DNA from: an uncultured Alphaproteobacteria bacterium
Lineage (GTDB): Bacteria > Pseudomonadota > Alphaproteobacteria > Acetobacterales > Acetobacteraceae
Direction of reading: 5' to 3'
DNA length: 64,000 nucleotides
NCBI GenBank assembly: GCA_963795435.1
Contig: CAWCHV010000006.1
Span: forward strand, 73,981-137,980
Shown: positions 1-9,131 of the stretch, in pieces
Layout of the letters: each line of letters starts with the position of its first letter
Position numbering within the stretch: position 1 is the stretch's first letter
Translations under genes and position numbers: made by a program
Notes under the pieces: generated by a model
What the model saw: only the letters and a program-made list of their open reading frames with translations
What the model was told of the DNA's origin: nothing
Database searches by the model: none

Positions 1-584
1 GTCCGCGGGGCGCGATCATCGTGCAGCAGGGAGACGAGGGCTCCAGCATGATGGCGGTGCTGCGTGGCCGCGTGCGCGTCAGCGTGGTGTCGTCCGAGGG
101 CAAGGAGATCACGCTCAACATGATCGCCGCGGGCGAGGTGTTCGGCGAGATCGCCTTGCTCGACGGCAAGCCGCGCAGCGCCGATGTCACCGCCGTCGAG
201 GACACGACGCTGCTGGTCGTCGAGCGCCGCCATTTCCTGCCGTTCCTGTGGAAGAACGAGGATCTGTATCTCCGGCTGCTCGTCGTGCTGTGCGAACGGC
301 TGCGGCGCACCAGCCTCGCCCTCGAGGAGCTGGCGCTGTTCGAACTGCCGGCGCGGCTCGCGCGGCTGCTGCTGAAGCTGGCCGAGGATTACGGCCGGCC
401 GTGTCCGGACGGCACCCGGATCGAGCTCAAGCTGTCGCAACGGGATCTCGCCAACCAGGTCGCGTCGTCCCGCGAGACCGTGAACAAGCAGCTTCGCATC
501 TGGCGCGACGACGGGATGGTCGGCACCGACGCCGGCTACATCGTCGTGCGCCGGATGGACGAGCTGAAGACGCTGGTCGAATGA
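1..584 (+). CDS. Crp/Fnr-family transcriptional regulator (5' end outside window)
   Basis: Frame is open to the window edge (codons before 21 read ...RGAII). cNMP-binding barrel motif GEVFGEIALLDGKPRSADV is followed by a C-terminal HTH (SQRDLANQVASSRETVNKQLR). Confidence 0.85.
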   Translation, partial: PRGAIIVQQGDEGSSMMAVLRGRVRVSVVSSEGKEITLNMIAAGEVFGEIALLDGKPRSADVTAVEDTTLLVVERRHFLPFLWKNEDLYLRLLVVLCERLRRTSLALEELALFELPARLARLLLKLAEDYGRPCPDGTRIELKLSQRDLANQVASSRETVNKQLRIWRDDGMVGTDAGYIVVRRMDELKTLVE

Positions 585-658
585 ACCACCGTGCGCGGCG
601 AACGATGGTTGAGAAACGATGGTTGACACTGGGCGGCGCGGGCCGGCCATAAGGCGAC

Positions 659-1531
659 ATGCGGCTTAGCTCCGTTCTGTCGATTCTCTCCGTCCTGCTG
701 GCCAGCTTCGGCATCGCCGGCGCGCAGCCGGTCACGGGAGCGCAGAGCCGCTTCTTCACCACCAGCGACGGCGTGCGCCTGCACTACATCGAGGCGGGGC
801 CGCCGGGCGCCCGCACCGTCGTTCTGGTGCCGGGCTGGACCATGCCGGGCTGGATCTGGGGACCGCAGATCCGCGATCTCTCCGCGCGCTATCGCGTCGT
901 TGCGTTCGATCCGCGCGGGCAGGGCGAGTCCGAGGTGGCGCTATCCGGCTACGAGCCCGGCCGACGCGGGCAGGACATCGCGGAGCTGATCGCGCGCCTG
1001 GGCCCCGAGCCGGTCCTGCTGGTCGGCTGGTCGCTTGGCGTGCTCGACGCGCTTGCCTATGTCCACGCTCAGGGCGACCGTCGGATCGCCGGGCTGGTGC
1101 TGGTGGACAACTCGATCGGCGAGGAGCCGGCGCCGCTGCCCTCGCGCGCCCGGCCGCATCGCGGCCCCAGGCCGCCGCTCGAGGCGCGCATGAGCCGCTT
1201 CGTGCGGAGCATGTTCCGCAAGCCGCAGAGCGAGGAGTATCTGGAGACACTGACCGAGGCGACGTTGCGGATGCCGGAATACGCCTCCAACGCCCTGCTC
1301 TCTTATCCCGTGCCGCGCTCCTACTGGCGGGACGCGGTGTATTCGACCGACAAGCCCATCCTCTACGCCGTCCGGCCGCTCTGGACGGGCCAGGCGGAAA
1401 ATCTCGCGCGCCGCCACAAAGGGGCGGAGATCGCTGTTTTCCCGGATGCCGGCCACGCCTTGTTCGTGGATGACGCGAGCCGCTTCGACGCGCTGCTGGA
1501 CGATTTCATCCATCGCCGGATCTGGCCGTGA
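659..1531 (+). CDS. secreted alpha/beta hydrolase
   Basis: 290-aa ORF with an N-terminal signal peptide (LLASFGIAGAQP). Has an HYIEAGP...VLVPGW oxyanion region and a GWSLG nucleophile elbow. Its stop overlaps the next start (GTGATGA). Confidence 0.8.
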   Translation: MRLSSVLSILSVLLASFGIAGAQPVTGAQSRFFTTSDGVRLHYIEAGPPGARTVVLVPGWTMPGWIWGPQIRDLSARYRVVAFDPRGQGESEVALSGYEPGRRGQDIAELIARLGPEPVLLVGWSLGVLDALAYVHAQGDRRIAGLVLVDNSIGEEPAPLPSRARPHRGPRPPLEARMSRFVRSMFRKPQSEEYLETLTEATLRMPEYASNALLSYPVPRSYWRDAVYSTDKPILYAVRPLWTGQAENLARRHKGAEIAVFPDAGHALFVDDASRFDALLDDFIHRRIWP

Positions 1532-3990
1532 TGAACGCTCGCCGACCCGCCCTGATGCCGCTGTTCCTGGTCTCGGCGTCGGCGGTCGGGTTCGAGATCG
1601 CGCTGACCCGCTACTTCGCCGTCGCGAAATGGTCCGAATACGGCTACTGGGTCATCTCGATCGTCATGGTCGGCTTCGCCTTCAGCGGCGTGGTTCTCGC
1701 CCTGTTCCGCGACGCATTCGCCCGCAATGGCGCCTGGCTGCTGGCCGCGCTGCCGACCCTGCTGATCGCCGCGGCCGCCACGGGTTTCCATCTAACCACC
1801 ACGAACCCGTTCAACCCGCTGCAATTGCAGAATCAGGCCACCTGGGCGCCGCAGCTCGCCAACATCGCGGGGTATTACGCCTGCCTGCTGCCGTTCTTCT
1901 TCCTTGCCGGCCTCTACATCAGCCTGAGCTTCGTGCTCAACGCCGGCATCATCGGCCGCGTCTACGGGTTCGACCTGACCGGCGCCGGGGCAGGGGCGTT
2001 CGCGACGCTGCTGCTGATGCTGGTGCTACATCCGTTCATGCTGGTCCCCGCCCTGCTGCTGCCGATCGCGGCGAGCGCCCTGCTCACGCGGGGACGCTGG
2101 CGCTGGGCCGGGGTGGCCGGCGCTCTGGCGGCGCTGCTGGCGGGCGAGGCGCTGCTGCTGCTCGACAACCGGGCGGAAATCAACGATTTCAAGGCGATCT
2201 ACGCGCCGCTTCATACGCCGGACGCGAAGGTCCTGGCCGAACCGCGGTCTCCCCGCGGCTTCTACCAGTTGCTCGACGACTTCACCGAGCGCGTCGACAT
2301 CGACGTCTCGAACAATGCCGGCCTGCTCGGGGTCGCCGGTCCGCCCTCCAGCTACGGCCTGTATCGCGATGGCATCCGGATCGCGGCGCTGCCGAAGCCC
2401 GGTCCGGTCGATGCCGGATACGCCCGCGCGGCATTGGACACGCTGCCCTATTCGCTGATCCGCCGGCCGCGCGTGCTGCTCGCCGGCGCGTCCGGCGGGT
2501 TCCGCGTCGCCGAAGTGCTGACGTTGGGCGCGGGCTCGGTGGAGGCGCTCGAGCCGGAACCCGTGCTCCGCGAGGCGCTGCTGCACGGGATCGGCCCGTC
2601 GCCTGCCTTGCCCGCCGACCCTCGGGTGCATGTTTCGGGCAACTCGCCGGTCGCGGCGGCGCGGGCCGGCGGGCCTTTCGACATCATCGACATCTCGGCG
2701 GATTTTCTCGACGCGGCGGAGGCCAACGGCACCGCGTTCACCGCCGAGGCGATCACCGCCTATCTGCGGGCACTGGCTCCGGACGGCGTCGTCTCGATCC
2801 CCGTCTCGATCCGCGACTTTCCGGTCTACGCGCTGCGGATGCTCGCCACCGCCCGACAGGGGCTGCTCGACGCCGGCGTGCGCGACCCGGCGGCGCATGT
2901 GGTGGTGTATCGTTCGGCCTGGAGCGTGCGGCTGCTTTTGTCGAGGCAGCCCTGGAGCGCCGCGCGGATTGCCGAGGTCCGGCGGTTCTCCGATGACCGC
3001 TCGTTTGACGTATCCTACTATCCCGGTATCGACGTCCAGGCGACGCGGGCCAATCTTTACAATGATTTGCCGGCAGTGTCTTTCGACGCCGGCGAGGTCG
3101 AGGCCGGCGGCCCGGACGACGCGATCGCCGACGAGGCGCGCGCGGTCCTGGCGGACGACCCGACGGCCTCGGCGCGGGTATTCAATCTCGCGCCGATCAC
3201 CTTCGACCAGCCGTCCTTCTATGCGGTGCTGAGGCTCGGCCATCTCGACACGCTGCTGCGGCGGCTGGAAATCCTGCCGCAGGCGGAGATCGGCGCGCTG
3301 GTCAACATGGCGGTGCTCGCCCAGGCGGTGGTCATTGCCGTCCTCGTCCTGCTGGTGCCGCTGCTCGCGCCGGGCCGGGTGCGCGGGGAGGGAAGGGGGC
3401 TGCCGCGCGCGATGCTCTACTTCCCGGCGCTCGGCCTCGGCTTCCTGTTCATCGAGATATTCCTCATCGAGCGAGCGTCGTTCTACCTCAACGACCGTGC
3501 GACGGCCTTCGCCCTGGTGCTGACCGGAATGCTGATCTTCTCCGGCCTCGGCAGCATGGCGACCGAACGGATCAAGGCGAACCCGACGGCGGGCGTCGCC
3601 GTCGCCTGCGGGGTGATCCTGGCGTGGTGCGGCCTCCTGGCGTTCGGACTGCAGCCGCTCATGGTCGCCACCCTCGACCTGCCGTGGATGGTCCGCGCGA
3701 TCCTGGCCGTGCTGCTGCTGGCGCCGGTCTCGCTGGCCCTGGGCGTGCCGTTCCCGCTCGGCCTCGCGCGGACCGGCAACGGCGGCTTGCTGCCCTGGGC
3801 GTGGGCGCTGAACGGCGCCTTCTCTGTGGTCGCGACGCCACTGGCGAACCTGATTGCGCGAGAGTTGGGCTTTAGCAGGGTTCTTCTCTCGGCCGCGCTG
3901 CTATATGGCGTCGCGTGGCTGGCATTCCCGTTGGCGAGGAACGAGCGTAAGTGGCAGGACATCCCGGAAGCATCACACGTCGCGGAGTGA
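1528..3990 (+). CDS. polytopic membrane protein with central spermidine-synthase/class-I methyltransferase-like domain
   Basis: 820-aa ORF. Multiple hydrophobic helices at both ends flank a soluble core with motif-I-like LLAGASGGFRVAEVL and FDIIDISADF. High GC3. Confidence 0.75.
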   Translation: MMNARRPALMPLFLVSASAVGFEIALTRYFAVAKWSEYGYWVISIVMVGFAFSGVVLALFRDAFARNGAWLLAALPTLLIAAAATGFHLTTTNPFNPLQLQNQATWAPQLANIAGYYACLLPFFFLAGLYISLSFVLNAGIIGRVYGFDLTGAGAGAFATLLLMLVLHPFMLVPALLLPIAASALLTRGRWRWAGVAGALAALLAGEALLLLDNRAEINDFKAIYAPLHTPDAKVLAEPRSPRGFYQLLDDFTERVDIDVSNNAGLLGVAGPPSSYGLYRDGIRIAALPKPGPVDAGYARAALDTLPYSLIRRPRVLLAGASGGFRVAEVLTLGAGSVEALEPEPVLREALLHGIGPSPALPADPRVHVSGNSPVAAARAGGPFDIIDISADFLDAAEANGTAFTAEAITAYLRALAPDGVVSIPVSIRDFPVYALRMLATARQGLLDAGVRDPAAHVVVYRSAWSVRLLLSRQPWSAARIAEVRRFSDDRSFDVSYYPGIDVQATRANLYNDLPAVSFDAGEVEAGGPDDAIADEARAVLADDPTASARVFNLAPITFDQPSFYAVLRLGHLDTLLRRLEILPQAEIGALVNMAVLAQAVVIAVLVLLVPLLAPGRVRGEGRGLPRAMLYFPALGLGFLFIEIFLIERASFYLNDRATAFALVLTGMLIFSGLGSMATERIKANPTAGVAVACGVILAWCGLLAFGLQPLMVATLDLPWMVRAILAVLLLAPVSLALGVPFPLGLARTGNGGLLPWAWALNGAFSVVATPLANLIARELGFSRVLLSAALLYGVAWLAFPLARNERKWQDIPEASHVAE

Positions 3991-4907
3991 TCGCGGCGGC
4001 CGCCGCAACCGCCTTCGCCGGCGCGGCGCGGGCCGCGACCGCGGGGGGCTGGACGCGGGAGGCCTACGAGCTGGCGATGCGACGCTCCGGCCGCCCGGTC
4101 AGCCTCACCGACGCGCAGTTCCAGGCCATCCAGAGCCGCAAGCCGGCGGCGATCAAGGCGATCGACCGCTACCTGACCGAGCACCTCGGCGCCGCCGACC
4201 CCAAGGTGATCGCCGCGTTCCAGGCGGTCCCGCGCGAATATTTTCATTACATCTACTCGGAGCGCCGCGCCACGCCCGGCGACGCCTACGAGGACACGCC
4301 GAAGCCCTGGGCGCTCGGCTACGGCTCGGCGCTGTCGGACTATCTCGGCCAAGCCTACATGACCCAGGTCGCCAAGCCCGGCCCGAGCGACGTCACACTC
4401 GAGATCGGCACCGGCAGCGGCTTCCAGAGCGCGCTGCTGTCACGGATCGTCAAGCAGGCGTACTCGATCGAAATCATCGAGCCGCTGGGCCATGCGGTGT
4501 CGAAGATCTTTACCCCGCTCGGCTACGACAACGTCCACACCCGCGTCGGCGACGGCTATTACGGCTGGCCCGAGGTGCAGGGCGGGTTCGACATCATCAT
4601 CGTGACCTGCGCCGCGCAATACGCGCCGCCCGAGCTGTTCAAGCAGATGAAGCCCGGCGGGCGCATGATCATCCCCATCGGCCAGCCCTTCAAGCGCGGC
4701 CAGGTGCTCTACGTCTACACCAAGGACGCCGAGGGCAAGATCCACTCGCACCGCGACGTCGGCGTGTTCTTCATTCCAATGACAGGGGCGATGATGAAGA
4801 GCCCTCCGCCGCACGGAACGCCGCTCGCTGCCGCGGCGTCGCCCACGCCCGCCGCGGCGGTGAAGCCCGCCCCCGAACCCGGGGCGGAGAAATCAGCCAC
4901 CCAGTAG
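3951..4907 (+). CDS. protein-L-isoaspartate O-methyltransferase-family protein with possible Tat signal
   Basis: SAM motif LEIGTGSGFQSALLS and PCMT-like GDGYYGWPE...FDIIIVTCAA...GGRMIIPIG. From GTG 3951 the N-terminus reads TRRGVIAAAAATAFAGAARA. An alternative start is ATG 4077. Confidence 0.75.
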   Translation: MAGHPGSITRRGVIAAAAATAFAGAARAATAGGWTREAYELAMRRSGRPVSLTDAQFQAIQSRKPAAIKAIDRYLTEHLGAADPKVIAAFQAVPREYFHYIYSERRATPGDAYEDTPKPWALGYGSALSDYLGQAYMTQVAKPGPSDVTLEIGTGSGFQSALLSRIVKQAYSIEIIEPLGHAVSKIFTPLGYDNVHTRVGDGYYGWPEVQGGFDIIIVTCAAQYAPPELFKQMKPGGRMIIPIGQPFKRGQVLYVYTKDAEGKIHSHRDVGVFFIPMTGAMMKSPPPHGTPLAAAASPTPAAAVKPAPEPGAEKSATQ

Positions 4908-4912
4908 GCCCC

Positions 4913-5197
4913 TCAGCTCCAGCGCGGCTGGGGAACGATCAGGCCGAGGAAGAACAGCGCGAAGAGTAGGCCTACACAGGCCAGCACCAGCAGCACGCCA
5001 TTCGCGAGACGCGGATTGCCGCGCGACCGCAGCAGCGCGCTGACGCCCAGGATCGCCGCGATGCCGCCGAGAATCGCCACACCCAGCAGGGTGTTGGACG
5101 CGGAGATCGAGCCGCCGCCGAGCTTGTAGACGAGGAAGAACAGCACGATCGCGGCGATCGAGCCGTCGATGCCGAAGAGAACTCGGAACGTATTCAT
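4913..5197 (-). CDS. small integral membrane protein (3 predicted TM helices)
   Basis: 94-aa ORF with good GC3 bias and three hydrophobic stretches. No recognisable family. Confidence 0.55.
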   Translation of the reverse strand: MNTFRVLFGIDGSIAAIVLFFLVYKLGGGSISASNTLLGVAILGGIAAILGVSALLRSRGNPRLANGVLLVLACVGLLFALFFLGLIVPQPRWS

Positions 5198-5250
5198 GGC
5201 CGCGAGCGTAGCGGCTTGGTTCGTTCGCGCAAGGCTCCGCGCGCCATCGC

Positions 5251-6216
5251 TCAGGATTTCGCGCTGCCCTTCTCGACCGCCGGGTTGAAGCTGGTATCGA
5301 AGCCGCTCGCGGCATCGAAGGGTTTTCGCAGCATTCCCGCACCGGCGTAGAGGTCGATCACCTTCTGCTCGTCGGCGATGACGCGGGCGTCGGTCGGCAC
5401 CACCCGCTCCGTGGTGCGCGCGAACCAGTGGTGCGGCACCTCCACGGGGAAGCCCATCAGCCTCGCCCAGATCGCCGCGTACGCGTCGCGATGCGCGTTG
5501 GCCCAGATGCGTGCTTCGGTCAGGCGGGTGATGAAATCCGCGAGCTGCTCGCGCTTGGCCGCGATGGCCTCGACCGAGGCGATCTGGAAGCCCTGGCCGG
5601 GCGTGAGGCCCTGGCCGTTGATGATCTGCCGCCCACCTTCGACCACCTCCACCTGCGACGTGTAGGGCTCCCAGGTGGACCAGGCGTCGATCGAGCCCGA
5701 CGCGAGGGCCGCCCTGGCGTCGGCGGGTTGGAGGAACACGATCTTCACCGCGTCGTCTGACAGGCCGGCGCGGCGCAGCGCGGCGAGAACGAGAAAATGG
5801 CCGACCGAGCCGCGTCCGGTGGCGATCTTCTTGCCCTTGAGATCGTCGAATTCGTGCGCGGGCGAATCGCCGCGCACCACGATCGCGGTGCCCTGCTGGG
5901 TCGAGCGCCGCGCTGCGATGGCGCGCATCGGCACGCCGGAGGCGAAGCCGAAGGTGAACGGCGCGTCGCCCACCACGCCGGCGTCGATGGCGCCGGCGTT
6001 CAGCGCCTCGATCAGCGGCGCCGCGGCGACGAACTCGCTCCAGGCGATGCGATAGGGCACGTCCTTCAGCACGCCGGCGGCTTCCATCACCGCGCGGTTG
6101 TTGCCCCGCTGGTCGCCGGCGCGCAGCGTGACCTCGGCGCGGGCCGGGCGGATGGCGAAGGTCGCGGCCGTGCCCACCGCTCCCGCCAACAGCGTGCGAC
6201 GGCGAACCTGCATCAT
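5251..6216 (-). CDS. ssuA: aliphatic sulfonate/nitrate/taurine-type ABC transporter substrate-binding protein
   Basis: This is the C-terminal 321 aa of the 765-aa track ORF. It starts at ATGATG 6216/6213, overlapping the ssuD stop (ATGA). Has a Tat/Sec-like signal RRRTLLAGAVGTAATFAIRPARA and an SsuA/NMT1-like body. Confidence 0.85.
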   Translation of the reverse strand: MMQVRRRTLLAGAVGTAATFAIRPARAEVTLRAGDQRGNNRAVMEAAGVLKDVPYRIAWSEFVAAAPLIEALNAGAIDAGVVGDAPFTFGFASGVPMRAIAARRSTQQGTAIVVRGDSPAHEFDDLKGKKIATGRGSVGHFLVLAALRRAGLSDDAVKIVFLQPADARAALASGSIDAWSTWEPYTSQVEVVEGGRQIINGQGLTPGQGFQIASVEAIAAKREQLADFITRLTEARIWANAHRDAYAAIWARLMGFPVEVPHHWFARTTERVVPTDARVIADEQKVIDLYAGAGMLRKPFDAASGFDTSFNPAVEKGSAKS

Positions 6217-7337
6217 TCGGCGGCCTGCGCCGGCGCCGAGCGGCCCAGCCGGCGCGCCACCAGTTCGCGCGTCATCGGCAGCAGCGAGCGGCCGTATTCG
6301 ATAGTGTCGTCGAGCGGGTCGAAGCCGCGGATCAGGAAGGTGGTGACGCCGAGGTCGTGATAGTCGAGGAAAGCCTCGGCGACCTGCTCGGGCGTGCCGA
6401 CCAGGCTCGTGGTGTTGCCGCGCGCGCCGGTCACGGCGGCCGCCCCGGTCCACAGCCGCTTGTCCAGCCGCTCGCCGCGCGCGGCGGCCTCCAGCAGACG
6501 GCGCGAACCCTCGTTGGGCGGCGTGCGCGTCGCCGGCCCCAAAGCCGCCTCGCCGCGAATGCGGAGAATGGTCTGCTTGATCCGCTCGGCGCGCGCCCAG
6601 GCTTCCTCCTCGGTGGCGGCGAGGATCGGGCGCAGCGACAGGGAAAAACGCACCTCGCGTCCGTGCCGCGCCGCCGCGGCACGGACGCGGGCGATGAGTT
6701 CGCGCACCTGCTCGTGGGTCTCGCCCCATAACGCATAAACATCGGCGTGCTTGCCGGCGACCCCGATCGCCGCGTCCGAGGCGCCGCCGAAGTAGATCGG
6801 GATGCGCGGCTGCTGGACGGTGCGGAACGCCGTCGAGGCGCCCCGGAACTGGTAGTATTCGCCGGCGTGGTCGATCGGTCCCTGCTCGGTCCAGATGCGC
6901 TTGAGGATGCCGACATACTCGTCGGTGCGGGCGTAGCGCGCCTCCTTGCCGATCCAGTCGCCGTCGCGCTGCTGGTCGATGTCGTCGCCGCCGGAGATCA
7001 CGTGGATCGCCGCCCGCCCATCGGTGATCTGGTCGAGGGTGGCGAACTTGCGCGCCGCCAGCGTGGGCGCCACGAAGCCCGGCCGATGGGCGACGAGGAA
7101 GCCGATCCGGTCGGTGTGCGCGGCGGCCGAGGCGGCGATGAGGAAACTGTCCGGCCCGTCGGAGAAATAGCCGACCAGCAGCTTGTCGAACCCGCCGGCC
7201 TCGGCGGCTTGCGCGAAATCGCGGATGTAGCCGCGGTCGAGGATCGCGGCGCCGGGCGGGCGGATTTCCGACGCTTCCCGGTGGTGGATCATGCCGATGA
7301 ATTCGACGTCGTGCGCGTGGTCTGGAGCGTGGGTCAT
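6213..7337 (-). CDS. ssuD: LLM-class FMNH2-dependent alkanesulfonate monooxygenase family
   Basis: Motifs shared with E. coli SsuD: FLVAHRP, YFGGAS, LWGE, LVGTPEQVA. Sits inside an ABC-transporter operon. Confidence 0.8.
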   Translation of the reverse strand: MTHAPDHAHDVEFIGMIHHREASEIRPPGAAILDRGYIRDFAQAAEAGGFDKLLVGYFSDGPDSFLIAASAAAHTDRIGFLVAHRPGFVAPTLAARKFATLDQITDGRAAIHVISGGDDIDQQRDGDWIGKEARYARTDEYVGILKRIWTEQGPIDHAGEYYQFRGASTAFRTVQQPRIPIYFGGASDAAIGVAGKHADVYALWGETHEQVRELIARVRAAAARHGREVRFSLSLRPILAATEEEAWARAERIKQTILRIRGEAALGPATRTPPNEGSRRLLEAAARGERLDKRLWTGAAAVTGARGNTTSLVGTPEQVAEAFLDYHDLGVTTFLIRGFDPLDDTIEYGRSLLPMTRELVARRLGRSAPAQAAE

Positions 7338-7348
7338 GGCGTGTCCTC

Positions 7349-8074
7349 TCAGGCGGCGTCGCGCAGGTCGCTTGCGGCGGCGGGCTCGTGCACTCCGAGC
7401 GCCTCCAGCAGCATAGTGCGGATCGCAGCGTGTCCGGCAGTCCCGGCGCGGCGCGGGCGTGGCAGGTCGATCCGCGTCTCGACGGCGATTCGGCCATGCT
7501 CCAGCACCAGCGCGCGGTCGGCGAGCAGCACCGCCTCGTCCACGTCATGCGTCACCAGCAGCACCGCCGGCTTGTGAGTGGCCCAGAGGTGCGACACCAG
7601 TTCCTGCATCCGCAGCCGGGTCAGCGCGTCGAGGGCGGCGAACGGCTCGTCGAGCAGCAGCAACTCCGGTGAGCGGACCAGCGCGCGCGCCAGCCCGGCC
7701 CGCTGCGCTTCGCCGCCCGACAGGGTGAGCGGCCAGGCATCGACGCGATGCGCCAGTTCGACCTCGCTGAGCGCGCCCAATGCGCGCGTCTTCGGGTCGG
7801 CGTCATCGAGCCCGAGCGCCACGTTCCGCCACACCCGCTTCCACGGCAGCAGGCGCGGGTCCTGGAATACCACGGCGCGACGCGAGGGCACCGATACGTC
7901 GCCCTGCTCCACCGGATCGAGCCCGGCCAGGGTGCGCAGCAAGGTGGATTTGCCGGAGCCGCTGCGTCCCAACAGCGCAACGAACTCGCCCGGCGCGATG
8001 TCGAGGTTCAGCCCATCGAGCACCGTGTTCTCGCCGAACCGGCGGCTGAGACCGGCGATGCGGACGCCGCTCAT
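7349..8074 (-). CDS. ssuB: sulfonate ABC transporter ATP-binding protein
   Basis: Walker A GRSGSGKST, signature LSGGEAQR and Walker B LLLLDEPF. ATG 8074 overlaps the ssuC stop. The upstream part of the 573-aa track ORF is an artefact. Confidence 0.9.
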   Translation of the reverse strand: MSGVRIAGLSRRFGENTVLDGLNLDIAPGEFVALLGRSGSGKSTLLRTLAGLDPVEQGDVSVPSRRAVVFQDPRLLPWKRVWRNVALGLDDADPKTRALGALSEVELAHRVDAWPLTLSGGEAQRAGLARALVRSPELLLLDEPFAALDALTRLRMQELVSHLWATHKPAVLLVTHDVDEAVLLADRALVLEHGRIAVETRIDLPRPRRAGTAGHAAIRTMLLEALGVHEPAAASDLRDAA

Positions 8075-8904
8075 GCCCGGCCTCCGATCACGGTGGGCCG
8101 CCAGACCAGCGCCGCCCGCTCGATGGTGCGTACCAGCTGGTCGGCGCCGAGGCCGAGCAGGGCGTAGACCACCAGCCCGACCATGATGATGTCGGTGCGC
8201 AGGAACTCGCGGGCGTTCATCATCATGTAGCCGATGCCGCTGTCGGCGTTGATCTGCTCGCCGACCACGAGGCTGAGCCAGGCGACGCCGACGGCGTAGC
8301 GCAGTCCCACGAGTGCCGAGGGCAGGGCGCCCGGCAGGATCACGTGACGGATCAGCCCGGCGCGCGACAGGCCGAGGGTGCGGGCCGCCTCCACCAGCCT
8401 GGGATCGACGCCGCGAATCCCGGAGTACAGGTTGAGGTAGATGGGGAAGATCGAGCCCAGCGCGACGAGCGCGATCTTCGGCATCTCGCCGATGCCGAAC
8501 CACAGGATGAACAGCGGCACCAGCGCCAGATGCGGCATGGTGCGGATCATCTGCAGCGGCGCGTCGATCGCCTCCTCGCCGATGCGCGACAGCCCTGCGA
8601 TCAGCGCCGCGCCGGTGCCGATCACGACGCCGATGCCGAGCCCGATGCCGACGCGGCCGAGCGAGACCAGCAGGTTCTGCTGCAATTCGCCCGAGCCGAG
8701 CAGCGTCACCATGCTGGTGAGGATGGCGCCCGGCGCGGCGACGGTGCGCGTCGGGATCAAGCCGAGCATGGAACCCGCCTGCCACGCCAGGATGAGCAAG
8801 GCGGCCGTGGCGAAGCGGCGCAGGTTGCGGATTTGCGCGAACCGCCGGCCGAGGCGGATGCGGCCCGGCCAGGGAAGCGCCCGCGCGGTGAGCGATTGCG
8901 ACAT
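8071..8904 (-). CDS. ssuC: sulfonate ABC transporter permease
   Basis: 277-aa polytopic protein of the BPD-transporter type (EAA-like loop ...AARTLGLSRAGLIRHVILPGALP). Confidence 0.9.
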   Translation of the reverse strand: MSQSLTARALPWPGRIRLGRRFAQIRNLRRFATAALLILAWQAGSMLGLIPTRTVAAPGAILTSMVTLLGSGELQQNLLVSLGRVGIGLGIGVVIGTGAALIAGLSRIGEEAIDAPLQMIRTMPHLALVPLFILWFGIGEMPKIALVALGSIFPIYLNLYSGIRGVDPRLVEAARTLGLSRAGLIRHVILPGALPSALVGLRYAVGVAWLSLVVGEQINADSGIGYMMMNAREFLRTDIIMVGLVVYALLGLGADQLVRTIERAALVWRPTVIGGRA

Positions 8905-9096
8905 GGATTACTCCTGATGGCCGGGGATTGGACCCGGCTTGGCGCGATTTTGTACGTCCCTGGCGTGGCGTCAATAGGAAACACATAATTCCATCGTGCT
9001 TCGACTGGATTAACACTATATATATGCGTGAAATGGCAACGAGATTCGGCTTGGCCCGTGGGCCGACCACGACGGATGGAACGGGTCGAATTCAGC

Positions 9097-9125
9097 TTGA
9101 CACTATCCTTCACTAACGTTATACA
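9097..9125 (+). promoter_or_regulatory. sigma70-like promoter (TTGACA-17 nt-TATACA) abutting ATG 9132
   Basis: TTGACA at 9097-9102, a 17-nt spacer, then TATACA at 9120-9125. The ATG lies 6 nt after the -10 box and there is no Shine-Dalgarno sequence. Confidence 0.4.
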
Positions 9126-9131
9126 CCGCCC

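Noticed and set aside
1446-2996. 516-aa ORF and other long out-of-frame or antisense ORFs (for example 2026..3243, 9394..11139, 19528..21273, 33505..34632, 41564..43270, 43245..44885, 47430..49061, 57279..58907, 62135..63538)
   Set aside because: All overlap genes with clear family motifs and proper GC3 bias. Their translations are Arg/Ala/Pro/Gly-rich low-complexity strings, typical of non-coding frames in high-GC DNA.
5251-9070. 765-aa (5251..7548) and 573-aa (7349..9070) ORFs suggesting giant fusion proteins
   Set aside because: Their N-terminal halves are low-complexity Arg/Pro/Ala sequence overlapping the well-supported ssuD and ssuC genes in other frames. Internal ATG starts with ATGA coupling give normal-length SsuA and SsuB.
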